Positions 25,597 through 33,895 of a stretch of DNA of 48,315 nucleotides are shown here, piece after piece. Position 1 is the stretch's first letter. Each line of letters begins with the position of its first letter. Origin of the DNA: Octopus bimaculoides (taxonomy: Eukaryota); contig NC_068983.1 in assembly GCF_001194135.2 (NCBI RefSeq), forward strand, positions 166,855,832 to 166,904,146, written 5' to 3'. The notes beneath the pieces are model-generated. The model did not search any database. It saw nothing but the letters and a program-made list of their open reading frames with translations, and was not told where the DNA came from. A program made the position numbers and the translations under genes.

Positions 25597-26580
25597 ATCC
25601 ATCCATTGTCGTCATCATCAAATATCTGTTTTTCTATGCTGATATGTGTTGGACAGTTTGACAGGAGACAGTGACTTAGAATACTGCTCCAAGCCCCACA
25701 GTGTGTTTTGGTAAGGTTTCTAAAGTTGGATGCCAAGCATTTTACAAATTGTACTGAATGCTTTTTATGTGGCACCAGCACCAGTGAGATCACCAAGTTA
25801 ATTTGCAAGACAAGAGCCCCTCAATAGGGGAGTAGTATAATTCTTTGCTCTAAAGCTTAATTCTATTGAGTTTTAACAACTGGTTATTAGAATCACTAGA
25901 ACCAAAGTGAAATCATAATATTATACATACATATATACATATACATTTACACAGGTTGGGAGAAAAACCAGTTGGGTAGTGGTGCTTCTCCTGGCAACAC
26001 TAAGGAAACAGAAGACATACAATGACAGGCAGAATGTTAAGATGAGCAAAATAGTTTTTTTTTTTCCTTTCTATTTTACTTTAAATGCATTTTCCTTTTC
26101 TCCAAATAAATATCAAATAAAATAACAAAACTGATTTGATTTGCAGAGGGAGGGGAAAAAACAACCAATATAATAAAACTGTAAGCTGATGAATTGTGTA
26201 ATCAGTATGTGTGTGTGTGTGTGTGTGTGTGTGTTTTAACAAGGGAAACTGTGCGGTACCAAAGGATTCGCTCTCTCTCTGAATGTCCCATGCAACATTA
26301 GATGTGTGCCCTGAACATATGCATCTGCAACCCTGAAGCTCAAAGGGGTTGCAGTTATTGTAAAAACCCAGAAGAGCATCACCAACATCCCGAAAAGCAA
26401 CTTACTTGGCCTCAAGTTTCTACTCACCAATTTTTTACAATGTAGCCTTCATGTACGCATCCATATTTCTATTTCAAGTCAAGGTAAATAGTTAAGGTGT
26501 TTAAGAATTATAATAGGATGAAAAGAGTTGAAAGAATTTATCAAACTGAATAAAATGTGTGCTGCTAACGACCTAGTTTA

Positions 26581-26617
<37 letters not shown>

Positions 26618-26627
26618 NNNNNNNNNN

Positions 26628-26666
<39 letters not shown>

Positions 26667-28737
26667 ACGAGAGAATTTCTAGGAAATGGATATAGATTTT
26701 TGTTATAAAACTCACTATCATAATTTAACGTCCACCTTCCATGCTGGCAAGGGTGGGACGACTATATATATATATGAAATATGCATTACAGAAATAATAA
26801 ATTTGAGGGTGAAACAAAATGATTTATTGGAGAAGTAAAGAAGAGTGTTATGTTGTTAAACATGTGTTAAAAACACTAAAAGATTATTCTGGAATAAGAG
26901 CTGAATGTATGAATGTAAAAGTTGCTGAAGCAGAATTGTTAAATGGAGATGTTAAAACCTTGATACACGAGCTACGAAGAGCTGATATCTTTACTACAGA
27001 TATTGCAGTATCATATACTTAGATTGTATATGTGTGTATATATACATACTTCAGTCTATATGTATGGAAGTTAGGATCACAGGTAATATGGTAGAATGCC
27101 AGAAAGAACTGGAGAGATGTTTAGTTTGGTGGATTCTCATTCCCATTGAGTAGAGTGTGGTTAACTGTAAGGCGCCAAACAGGCAGAATTGTAAACACAT
27201 TGGACAAAATGCTTGGTGCCATTTCTTCTGGCTCCCTGTTTTGAATTCAAATCTTGCTAAGGTCAACTTGGCCTTTCATCTCTTCCCCTCAATATTACTG
27301 GCCTTGTACCCTGCAACCACTAGCGTAGCTGGGGAGCACTTTTGGGTCTGCTGTAGGCAATATGTGTTTTTTGTGGGGTGCAAGGGGGCACACACTCTAA
27401 CTACGCCAGTGCCTGCAACAGACTGGCATCCAATTCAGGAGGAATGTTGGATCTGTCACATATATGCCACGGGAACCAGGTGACTTTAAGAGTCCTAGGG
27501 TTAAATTAAAAAAACAAAATAAGGGCTAACTGCACTTCGTTAGTATAGCAGAGTCATTAATTGTAGTAACAAGACTCAAATCTAACAAAGATATACAATT
27601 GGTAACTGGTGATGGATTACTTTAAGTGAAACCATGCAGATATTGGAGGAGATTTGACTGAAGTTACCACTTGGGATATCGTGTGACTGGCAATTCAGAA
27701 GTACCAGGCATTAATAACAACAAATCCAGTTCAAGAAACATAGGAACAAATATTGTGGCTTTAAAAAAAACAGAGTGGGGGGGGGGGTGCTGATAGCAGA
27801 AGTAAATTGAAGCTTTAGAAAAAAAAAGAAAGAAAAGAAAAACCTCAAATAATATTTTTTAATAAAATTCAGAAAAGATTTACTAAAATAAAAGTGTGGA
27901 GAATAAAATGGAGAGAAGCTCTTTCAATCCCTACCAAAAATCAAAATGGAAAGTGGATGGTGATGCAAAGCTTCTAATCATCATTGTCTGCATTATTTTG
28001 ATGTCTTCTTTTCCATGGGCCAAATGAAATTCATTGAGGCAGATTTGTTTATGGTTGGGTGCTCCACCTGTCATTAACTTTCACCTGTTTCTAAGTAAGG
28101 TAAGGCTTCCCCATGGCCAGACATGTTCTCACAGAACATTACAAGTGAATGACATTGCTTCTAGGACAGCAACACTCATTTACAACTATTGTGATGTTGA
28201 GACAAAAACAAACACACTCACACACACACACAAGTACTTAACAAGACACATAACAATAACACGTGCNNNNNNNNNNATATTCAGTTTACAAGATTATTGA
28301 TCTCAACTAGAGTATTCAAACAGATCTTGGGAGGGTCCATGTTTCCAATAATAAACACATGCATTATTTCTATCATCATCATCATTCAATTGGTTGATGT
28401 AACTGACTTACCCCTCCCCCCCAAAAAAAACTTGTTAGCCTTCAGCCAAAATTTGAAATCATTCATTATTAGTCATTTAACCAACTAAGTTTATCAAAGT
28501 CCTTTCATCACTTCATTAATGCCAAGCCGTTTCTATTCCAGATCTTGAGTAGACCTCCCCCCCCCAAAAAAAAAAACACACACAAACACATCTCTCCGAA
28601 CTGGAGTAGAAATGGCATTGATCAGGTTGCCAATGATGATGAAATGATGACTTTGACAAACTTGGCTGATTGAACGATCAATCAAACATTCAATTAGTTA
28701 ACTGGTTAAATGTTTAACAAGTTGACAAATGATAATG

Positions 28738-28784
<47 letters not shown>

Positions 28785-29207
28785 GCAAGTGAACTAGAAC
28801 CAGTGCATGTATTTATTATTGGCATCACGACCGTTCCAAAATACAAGCAAATCCGAAGTCCCTGCATCCACGGATTTATCTTAATAGTTACTATTATTGC
28901 ATGCAATGGTACCATTACGTTAATGGATGGACTGTACTCTAAATAAAATAGAATTACATTGGTGATATCAGTCAGAGCTAGAAGCCACCAGAACACTTTG
29001 TTAAGAAAAACAGAAGAAGGACTTTAGAAAGAATTTCCCAACACCAACAACACCAACAATGATAAATACTTACTTGAACTTTAAACTGTGCTTGGATCTC
29101 TTTTGCTTTTCTTCGAGCTAGGACTTGTATATGACTTGATACTTGTTTCCGTGTACGCGTTTTACCTGTACGCAATTTGATGTAACGTGCTATTAATTCG
29201 TTTCGGC
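8228..29207 (-). CDS. TEAD: TEAD/scalloped (TEF-1 family) transcription factor; multi-exon, 5' incomplete, one internal exon missing at an assembly gap
   Basis: Nine exons with GT-AG ends and compatible phases join to (G)[44 protein letters not shown]|[22 protein letters not shown]...|[12 protein letters not shown]|VKPF...[21 protein letters not shown]...|YHKHLFVHI...DPLLE|[36 protein letters not shown]|ADLN...FYGVSSQ|[gap]|TEF...[35 protein letters not shown]|[37 protein letters not shown]. These are the hallmark TEA and YAP-binding domain motifs of human TEAD1-4 and Drosophila Scalloped. Confidence 0.98.
8424..8626 (-). mobile_element. SINE family C (gcctttcatcctttcggggtcgataaaataagtacc central domain)
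   Basis: Reverse complement of the copies at 17805-18030 and 21084-21285. Confidence 0.85.
8718..9075 (+). mobile_element. SINE family A, near full length
   Basis: tRNA-like head ggctgtcagggtaagaagcttgc...gggttcagtcccactgc, CORE-like ccttgaacaggtgtc and the family A tail. Confidence 0.85.
9851..10003 (-). CDS. TEAD: TEAD exon with conserved acylated Cys (153 nt, phase 0-0)
   Basis: Acceptor ttttctttctattttag|acg, donor caa|gtaagt. Encodes [51 protein letters not shown]. The PMCEY Cys (9941-9943) corresponds to the TEAD auto-palmitoylation site. Confidence 0.98.
10268..10465 (+). mobile_element. SINE family C, diverged
   Basis: gagttcaaattc...gccttttgtcctttctgggtcgataaaagaagtatcag...ctggggtcaa...ggcctggtgccaaaattagaac. 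Confidence 0.75.
10935..11095 (-). mobile_element. TTAA/CCCTT-ended MITE, partial
   Basis: Matches 865-1035 (gaatgacattg...gagaggc..gatctggc...gaatatttggg). Confidence 0.7.
11403..12190. other. Assembly gap (788 N)
   Basis: N-run. Other gaps at 7432-7675, 22160-22245, about 26618-26627, 28267-28276 and 36253-36817. Confidence 0.98.
12191..12260 (-). mobile_element. SINE family A head fragment abutting the gap
   Basis: gtagtgggactgaacctaaaaccatgtggttgggaagt...cttaccacacagcc. Confidence 0.75.
12262..12304. repeat. (TG)n microsatellite
   Basis: Directly visible. Other (TG)/(CA)n tracts at 3617-3640, 4333-4369, 26207-26234 and 30619-30676. Confidence 0.95.
12598..12745 (+). mobile_element. SINE family A, 5' half
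   Basis: ggctgtgtggttaagatgcttgcttgccaaccacatgg...ggttcagtcccactgc. Confidence 0.8.
12772..12965 (-). mobile_element. SINE/LINE-tail repeat family B
   Basis: acacccttcctaacgctaaccac...gggtgctgtttacatggcacc; same family at 16725-16920, 25615-25810, 31750-31930 and 34980-35150. Confidence 0.75.
14148..14206 (-). CDS. TEAD: TEAD exon (59 nt, phase 0 to 2)
   Basis: Acceptor ccttttatttttcag|gct, donor ca|gtaagt. Encodes [19 protein letters not shown] plus CA of Gln. Confidence 0.96.
15039..15109. repeat. 71-nt near-perfect palindrome without spacer
   Basis: acccctattttgcagaaaaaaagtgtaggtggttag|ctaaccaccaacacttttttctgcaaaataggggt: one mismatch (15065/15084) and one A bulge. Confidence 0.95.
15643..15750 (-). 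CDS. TEAD: TEAD exon (108 nt, phase 0-0)
   Basis: Acceptor tctcttccatctttag|gct, donor tgg|gtaagt. Encodes [36 protein letters not shown]. Confidence 0.98.
16095..16330 (-). mobile_element. Second CCCTT-type MITE family, diverged
   Basis: gaaaataatgaagaatttagtaaaacaactttgtc...ggtatcaaaaagg; related copies near 18060-18240, 19110-19325, 32491-32721 and 45560-45750. Confidence 0.6.
16725..16920 (+). mobile_element. Repeat family B with internal (TAA)8
   Basis: agtaaagtggttgg(taa)8gggtatccaacc...gtcaaactgtccaactcatgg, followed by a (GAT)n tail. Confidence 0.65.
17014..17076 (-). CDS. TEAD: TEAD exon (63 nt, phase 0-0)
   Basis: Acceptor ctttcttaattcag|tat, donor gag|gtgagt. Encodes [21 protein letters not shown]; preceded by a 132-nt intron. 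Confidence 0.96.
17209..17368 (-). CDS. TEAD: TEAD exon: start of YAP-binding domain (160 nt, phase 2 to 0)
   Basis: Acceptor ttttgtctcctccag|t, donor tca|gtaagt. Encodes [53 protein letters not shown]. Confidence 0.97.
17575..18030 (+). mobile_element. Two head-to-tail SINE family C copies separated by (ATT)n
   Basis: Each starts after attattatt and ends gaaaggattattatt; the second copy (17805-18030) is well preserved. Confidence 0.85.
18525..18802. repeat. Pyrimidine-rich minisatellite, about 7 units of (TC)n-tgtttctcttttgc-(T)n
   Basis: Directly visible; accounts for the overlapping low-complexity ORFs at 18424-18934. Confidence 0.9.
19430..19464 (-). CDS. TEAD: TEAD small exon (35 nt, phase 0 to 2)
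   Basis: Acceptor tttgtttctcttccag|ttc, donor ga|gtaagt. Encodes [11 protein letters not shown] plus GA, which joins the T of the next exon to give the conserved D of DVKPF. Confidence 0.92.
19610..19834 (+). mobile_element. TTAA/CCCTT-ended MITE, near full length
   Basis: Starts caaccctttagcatttaaac and ends gaatgctagagttaa; body is the reverse complement of 865-1035. Confidence 0.75.
20105..20410 (-). mobile_element. 3' fragment of an RLE (R4/Dong-like) non-LTR retrotransposon with (TAA)n tail
   Basis: Minus frames give [27 protein letters not shown] and [16 protein letters not shown], resembling the RLE C-terminal end; (TAA)n follows at 20146-20105. Confidence 0.7.
20433..21285 (+). mobile_element. 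Cluster of three SINE family C copies plus a 3' remnant, separated by (ATT)n and (CAT)n
   Basis: Copies at about 20474-20640, 20685-20905 and 21084-21285. Confidence 0.8.
21025..21084. repeat. (ATT)n microsatellite
   Basis: Directly visible. Other (TAA)/(ATT)n tracts at 20105-20146, 28735-28782 and 47844-47895. Confidence 0.95.
21700..22085 (-). mobile_element. tRNA-derived SINE family D
   Basis: Minus-strand head ggcacaatggctcagtggttagggcagc...ttgattcgc (A- and B-box-like); CpG-rich body gtggcactccgtcggtcacga...gaaattaacgtgcaagtggctgag. Confidence 0.8.
22246..22565 (+). mobile_element. tRNA-derived CORE-type SINE
   Basis: ggttagagtgtcaggctcacaatcatgaagtagagagttcgattcc head, then ttcttgactaagatacttt...gctccagttcactcagctgtagaaatgag. 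A related reverse copy lies at 45130-45335. Confidence 0.75.
22600..22975 (+). mobile_element. SINE with family A head and alternative tail (A2)
   Basis: ggatttggtggatggaaactgaga...gtcttctgcaaaagcatgtctggccatggg...gacccatgcaagcatgg...taaaatgatg. Confidence 0.7.
23160..23525 (+). mobile_element. SINE family A
   Basis: Head tggttcagaagcttgc...agttcactcccactgc; tail ctccagcatggcc...gactgaaacaagacaaaag. Confidence 0.8.
23642..23806 (-). CDS. TEAD: TEAD exon: post-TEA linker (165 nt, phase 0-0)
   Basis: Acceptor tttcctctttag|gat, donor gct|gtaagt. Encodes [55 protein letters not shown], matching vertebrate [23 protein letters not shown]. This frame is not in the ORF track. Confidence 0.96.
25113..25273. 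mobile_element. hAT-type MITE (same family as 43240-43413)
   Basis: TIRs cagtgcttctca / aagaactactg; shares catttaaagaaaa...gagggaagac; flanks ttctatcc and ttctaaat are a decayed TSD. Confidence 0.6.
25615..25810 (-). mobile_element. Repeat family B
   Basis: gttggacagtttgacagg...ttggatgcc...gcttttatgtggcaccagcac. Confidence 0.65.
27318..27411. mobile_element. 94-bp hAT mini-MITE with perfect 8-bp TSD, nested in a SINE
   Basis: TSD cctgcaac at 27310-27317 and 27412-27419; TIRs cactagcgtagctgg / ctaactacgccagtg (12/15 match). Confidence 0.85.
28030..28260 (-). mobile_element. SINE A2 3' part
   Basis: ccccatggccagacatgttctcacagaacattacaagtgaatgacattgc...acactcatttacaac. Confidence 0.65.
29074..29207 (-). 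CDS. TEAD: TEAD exon: TEA DNA-binding domain helices 2-3 (134 nt, phase 1 to 0)
   Basis: Acceptor tcttctgttttag|gc, donor gttcaa|gtaagt. Encodes (G)[44 protein letters not shown]. Confidence 0.98.
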
Positions 29208-29649
29208 CTAAAACAGAAGACAAACACAAAAATCAGATTAAAATATATTTTTTATTCGATAAAAACAGAAATGAAACAGGTAAGTTTAGTTTTATCAGAA
29301 AGAAACCAAGTCATGTATTTTTGTTGCTTTTATGGAAGAAGTGATGAAAATAGTTGAATGATATCTTATTTGTGTGCGTGTGTCCACACACACACACACA
29401 CACACACACTCACTAATGTTACGAGTTTAGTCAGTTGGTGAAAGTAAATAGGATGATAAAACTAACTTTTGGCAGCAGATCAACCAACAGCTTAAAGTAA
29501 ATATTGGTATTCATGAAAGAGTTTTACCGAAGGAAGAGGGGGAGGTTTTTTTTTCTTTTTTTCAAAGTAAGGAGGATATGTTTGTGTATCTATCCATACT
29601 TCCATACATGCACACATCACCATCACCATCATCATTTCTTTTTTAAATG

Positions 29650-29935
29650 TTCACTTTTTCATATTTGCATGGGTTGGACAGAGATAACTGAGGCTGATTT
29701 TATGCAGCCAGATGCCTTTTCTGTCACCAACCTTCACCAGTTTCCAACCAAGTAATATTTCCTCCATGGCCAAACATGTTTCTGTAGAATATTGGAAATG
29801 AATGACACTGCTTGTATGATAGTGACACTCATTTACAACCATCCCATGTTATCATGACAAGGAGACACACACACACACACAGTTAGCTTCTTCCACTCCC
29901 AATGCTTTGGTCTGCCCAAGGCTATAACTGAAGAG
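29650..29935 (-). mobile_element. SINE A2
   Basis: ttttcatatttgcatgggttggacag...gatgccttttctgtcaccaacc...ccatggccaaacatg...caatgctttggtctgcccaaggctata. Confidence 0.75.
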
Positions 29936-30155
29936 ATTCGCTCATTTAATGTTCATTTTCCATGCTGGCATCAGTTGGAGTGTGTGTGTTAACAACGTAA
30001 CAAATGGTTTTATGCGAAGACATCTTCGCAATTGTTCAAGTGTACCACATGAAAGTGTTGGTACTTATTTTCTATTCTGGATGAGAACATGAGACTGACA
30101 CAAATCATGAAAGGTAACTTATAAGAATATCTTAAGAGAGTGTGTGTATATATAA

Positions 30156-30221
<66 letters not shown>

Positions 30222-30225
<4 letters not shown>

Positions 30226-30405
30226 AGAATTCACAAAAGAACAAAAGATGAAGACAGGTGGTGTAGACAACAAACAGATATATTAGTTTAATGCTTGGGA
30301 AGTGAAAATGTCTTTAATGTTTTGAGCCTACGCTCTTCCACAGAAAGAAACACAGAAAGAAACAAGGAGAGAAAAAAAACGTGTGTAGTGGTTAGCGATC
30401 TATCA
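30222..30405 (-). mobile_element. Penelope-like element fragment containing a decayed hammerhead motif
   Basis: ggagaattcacaaaag...gaagacaggtggtgtagacaacaaacag...gagcctacgctcttc. The minus strand has minimal type I hammerhead topology (see findings). The Penelope assignment is inferred from this motif. Confidence 0.5.
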
Positions 30406-30408
30406 ATG

Positions 30409-30619
30409 AGAGGGTGCTTAAAAGTTCCTGGCTTTAAGGATATTGTGAAAGGCAAGGCTTGAAGGCTCAAGCTTCCAAGTTACAGGCTTGGAAAAACTTA
30501 AGAACTGCTGGAATAAGTGTGTGAAAAGGAGAGGGGAATATATTAAATAAAATCATAATTAGTTAATTAATCCTCCTGTATTTTCTTTTACCCAAAGCCA
30601 GGGACGTTTCAACACCCTG
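30409..30619 (+). mobile_element. Mariner-derived MITE
   Basis: TIRs agggtgcttaaaagttcctggcttt / aaagccagggacgtttcaacaccct (21/25 match). Internal tggaataagtgtgtgaaaaggagaggggaatatattaaataa resembles the mariner transposase C-terminus (WNKCV..GEY). Confidence 0.75.
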
Positions 30620-30633
30620 GTGTGTGTGTGTGT

Positions 30634-30677
<44 letters not shown>

Positions 30678-30789
30678 TGATGATGATAAAGTTGCTTGGT
30701 AAAGGTTGTTCCAGGGCTAAGAATCAAAAGAAATGACGACATTACAGTGTAACCAATTTAGTATTCCATGGGTGTTAATGACTTCAATG

Positions 30790-31075
30790 TAATCATTTCA
30801 CAGGCAGAAGCCATGTGATATGTGGCTGGGGTAATGAACCAGAGGGACAGTTTCTTCGTTGGAATTCTACACAATCTGTTGGTCGATTTCCACAAGGTTC
30901 TGCTAGAAGACTTTAGTTCAATGAACCATGTTGTGAGGTCAAGTATTGACCTTTGTCACTTCAAACATACACCTTTTAATCATGTCCTTATAATCAAGGC
31001 TGTGGAGTCAAAACAAAAAACTTTGACTCCAGACTCCTCTACTATTGGCACTTCCGACTCCGACTCCTCTTTATG
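30790..31075. mobile_element. Possible DNA-transposon fragment with GACTCC repeats
   Basis: ttccgactccgactcc at about 31052-31067 and gactccagactcc at about 31025; such repeats occur subterminally in some hAT-like elements. No convincing protein match by eye. Confidence 0.3.
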
Positions 31076-31749
31076 TAATTAAGTAGTTGTGATCTACATA
31101 TCTTATAAAGCATATGCATACATTTATACTTTATACATTATCTAAAAATGTACTTAACGAGACACATAATAATAATAATAACAATAATAATATCTGACAC
31201 CCCACCCCCACCCCCTTCATAGTGACATGGTTGTGGTGGTTCAGGTTGTGCAATGCCTCATAGAAATGAACTGCAAACATCTTCCAAGAGTTTTTAGTGT
31301 TTTACATGATAGCAATAGTTCTTTATGTATAAAAGCACATGATAATAGTCCTCTTAGTATCTGAAGCTGAAGAGAATTAATGAGTTTGAAATACAGCCAT
31401 CAGTTAAAAAGAGGCTGCTCTGAGCTGATTATGGCGATTAAGACTTTTTGCCTTAAACGAGTATTTTTTGTTTTTCATAACAAACTACAGTGAAAAGCTT
31501 TTATAGTTTTTAAATAATATCTGAAACATATTTGGTCTGAAGTGCAATATCTGTTTCATTCATGTAAACAATTTACTTGTGGTTGAATAGTGATATGATA
31601 GAGACTATTTCCACAAAATGGTTTACCATAAAGGTGGAAAAGCATAAATTCCACATCTTGTTCATTCTTTAATTGTAATTAACAGTTGCTTCATTAAGAT
31701 TAAACAACTCCAAATATATAATGACATAACTGTAATACATGGTTCATCG

Positions 31750-31930
31750 TCATCTTTTAATGTCTGTTGTCCATGCTGGTATTGGTTGGACAGTTTGATC
31801 AGGGCTGGTAAGCTGAGGGGCCGCACCAGACTCCAGTCTGATTTGGCATAGTTTCTACAACTTGACACCCTTCCTAACGCCAACCACTCCAAGAGTGTAA
31901 TGGGTGCTTTTACGTGCCACTGGCATGACA
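31750..31930 (-). mobile_element. Repeat family B
   Basis: ccatgctggtattggttggacagtttg...ctccagtctgatttggcatagtttctac...acccttcctaacgccaaccactcc. Confidence 0.8.
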
Positions 31931-32490
31931 CCAGCATCTGCAACAACAACAACAATTTCACTTGGTTTGATGGATCTTCCTTCTCAAGTATGGCATATTG
32001 CCAAAAGTCTCAGTCATTTGTCATCAGGAATGTTAATCAGAAAATTGTAACTGGTTTAATTAAAAATATGCATATAATTGTTAAACACCAACATATTGTA
32101 GATTGGGCTGACCATTGTTCCAACGTAATGCAACCACAGAAGACATGCTGATAGCGTTATAAAAATTGCAATTTGCCACAGAAAAATATAAGAGAATTAC
32201 TGCAAGAAATTATGAACCCCTTCCAGTGGTGAAAATGGTAGAGAAGTGGTGAAAAAAGAAAGAGGAATAAATTCAGCAAGTAGTGTAATCAAAATACAGC
32301 TTTTACATAAACCAACAAAAAAAGAAAAAAAAAGAAAAAAGAAAAAAAAAAAAGATGAGTAAAACTAGAAGAGAGGCCAAATTTAATAGTAAAAACTAAA
32401 CAAATAATCTTTGCAAGTAAACTGCAAAAAGAAGCATGATGATTTCTCTGGAATTGGGGATTGGTAATCCATATTTACAAAAAGAATAGA

Positions 32491-32721
32491 TTAGCCCTTT
32501 TGATACCAACCCGGCTGAAACCAGCTCTGGGCTCTGTAGTAGAAATGTCTTGTTTACAAAAGTCCTGAATTAAAATCTTCCACCAAACCTCAATCACAAT
32601 TTATGTTCGTAACACTAGCTTAATGATAACGAAGTTATTTTAGTAAATGCTTTGTTATATTTAAAATTAATTGAAAGAAACACAGAGCATCTCAACAGAA
32701 ATATGGTAACAAAAGGGCTAA
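32491..32721. mobile_element. Complete 231-bp MITE with 18-bp TIRs
   Basis: ttagcccttttgatacca / tggtaacaaaagggctaa, 17/18 complementary. Confidence 0.85.
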
Positions 32722-33074
32722 CACAGTGTGGGTTAACAGTGTGAATTAGCACTAAAAATACATGTGATATTTTTTTCTAAACACCAGATTATCAATGACA
32801 GAAATATATTTTTATATTCTTAAATAGGATAAGAAAAAGGGGTTAAAAACAAAAACATAAGTAATACCAGGAAGATTACATACAATTACAATGCCTCGAT
32901 GCATCTTATATACAAAGTTTCCAACAGTTACATGTACAAAAAATGGAATGACAATGAACGAATGGTACTTTCACAGCATGAGATCATGGGGTAACACCAT
33001 TTGATCACATCAATATGTCTACAATGGCTCAGATTTAACGACAGGTCAAAAATATTCAGGAAAAGATTCAAATG

Positions 33075-33225
33075 GCAAGCATGGCTGTGTTGTTAAGAAG
33101 CTTAATTATATGGGAACAGATGAAGGTTGGTGACAGGAAGGGTATCCAGCTGTAGAAAATCTACCTCCATAAATTCCGTCTGACCCATGCAAGCATGGAA
33201 AAGTGGACATAAAAACAATGAAGAT
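33075..33225 (+). mobile_element. Internally deleted SINE A2 (head joined to tail)
   Basis: ggcaagcatggctgtgttgttaagaagctt...aggttggtgacaggaagggtatccagctgtagaaaatc...gacccatgcaagcatggaaaagtggac. Confidence 0.7.
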
Positions 33226-33544
33226 AATGATTAATATATTAACATAACAGTGACCCATCCACAATGTAGTGGTGCTCAACCCTTGCCCCTTTCATATCAG
33301 CCTGTCTCAGCAGATCATTTTAAACTGTTCAGCGTAACATGCTATATCAGTTGAACAGACTTCTTCCTCACAGGACAAACAGACAGACATATCAACACAT
33401 ACTGTGAAAGGAATAAAAGAGAGTCTACTTCTGGAGTGAGTGCACTGGCTGAATAAAAAAACTAAGAAAATAAAAAGACATTAATCACCAGCTAATGTTG
33501 CTGCTGCTGCTGCTGCTGCTACTACTACTACTACTACTACTCTC

Positions 33545-33715
33545 TAATTCTGGCAAAAGGCCATCAATTTGGGGGAGGGGAGTTGATCACATCGACCCCA
33601 GAGGATGAAAGGTGAAGATGACTTCAGCAGGATTTGAACTCAGAACATAAAGAGATGAAAAGAAATTTTGCAAAGCATTTTGTCTGGCTAACAATTCTGC
33701 CAGCTCAGCACCTTT
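33545..33715 (-). mobile_element. SINE family C
   Basis: ggcaaaaggccatcaatttgggggagg...atcgacccca...gatttgaactcagaac...ttctgccagctcagcacc then (taa)n. Confidence 0.75.
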
Positions 33716-33856
33716 TAATAATAATAACAATGATTTCTTTATTTCCTATTCAAGTCCAATTTATCAACACTTTTTTTTTTTTTTCTGGTCAGCTGATATG
33801 AAACAGTTGACACGTATTAAATACAAATGGTTTCCTCGTTTAAGTCCAACCCAAAT

Positions 33857-33895
<39 letters not shown>

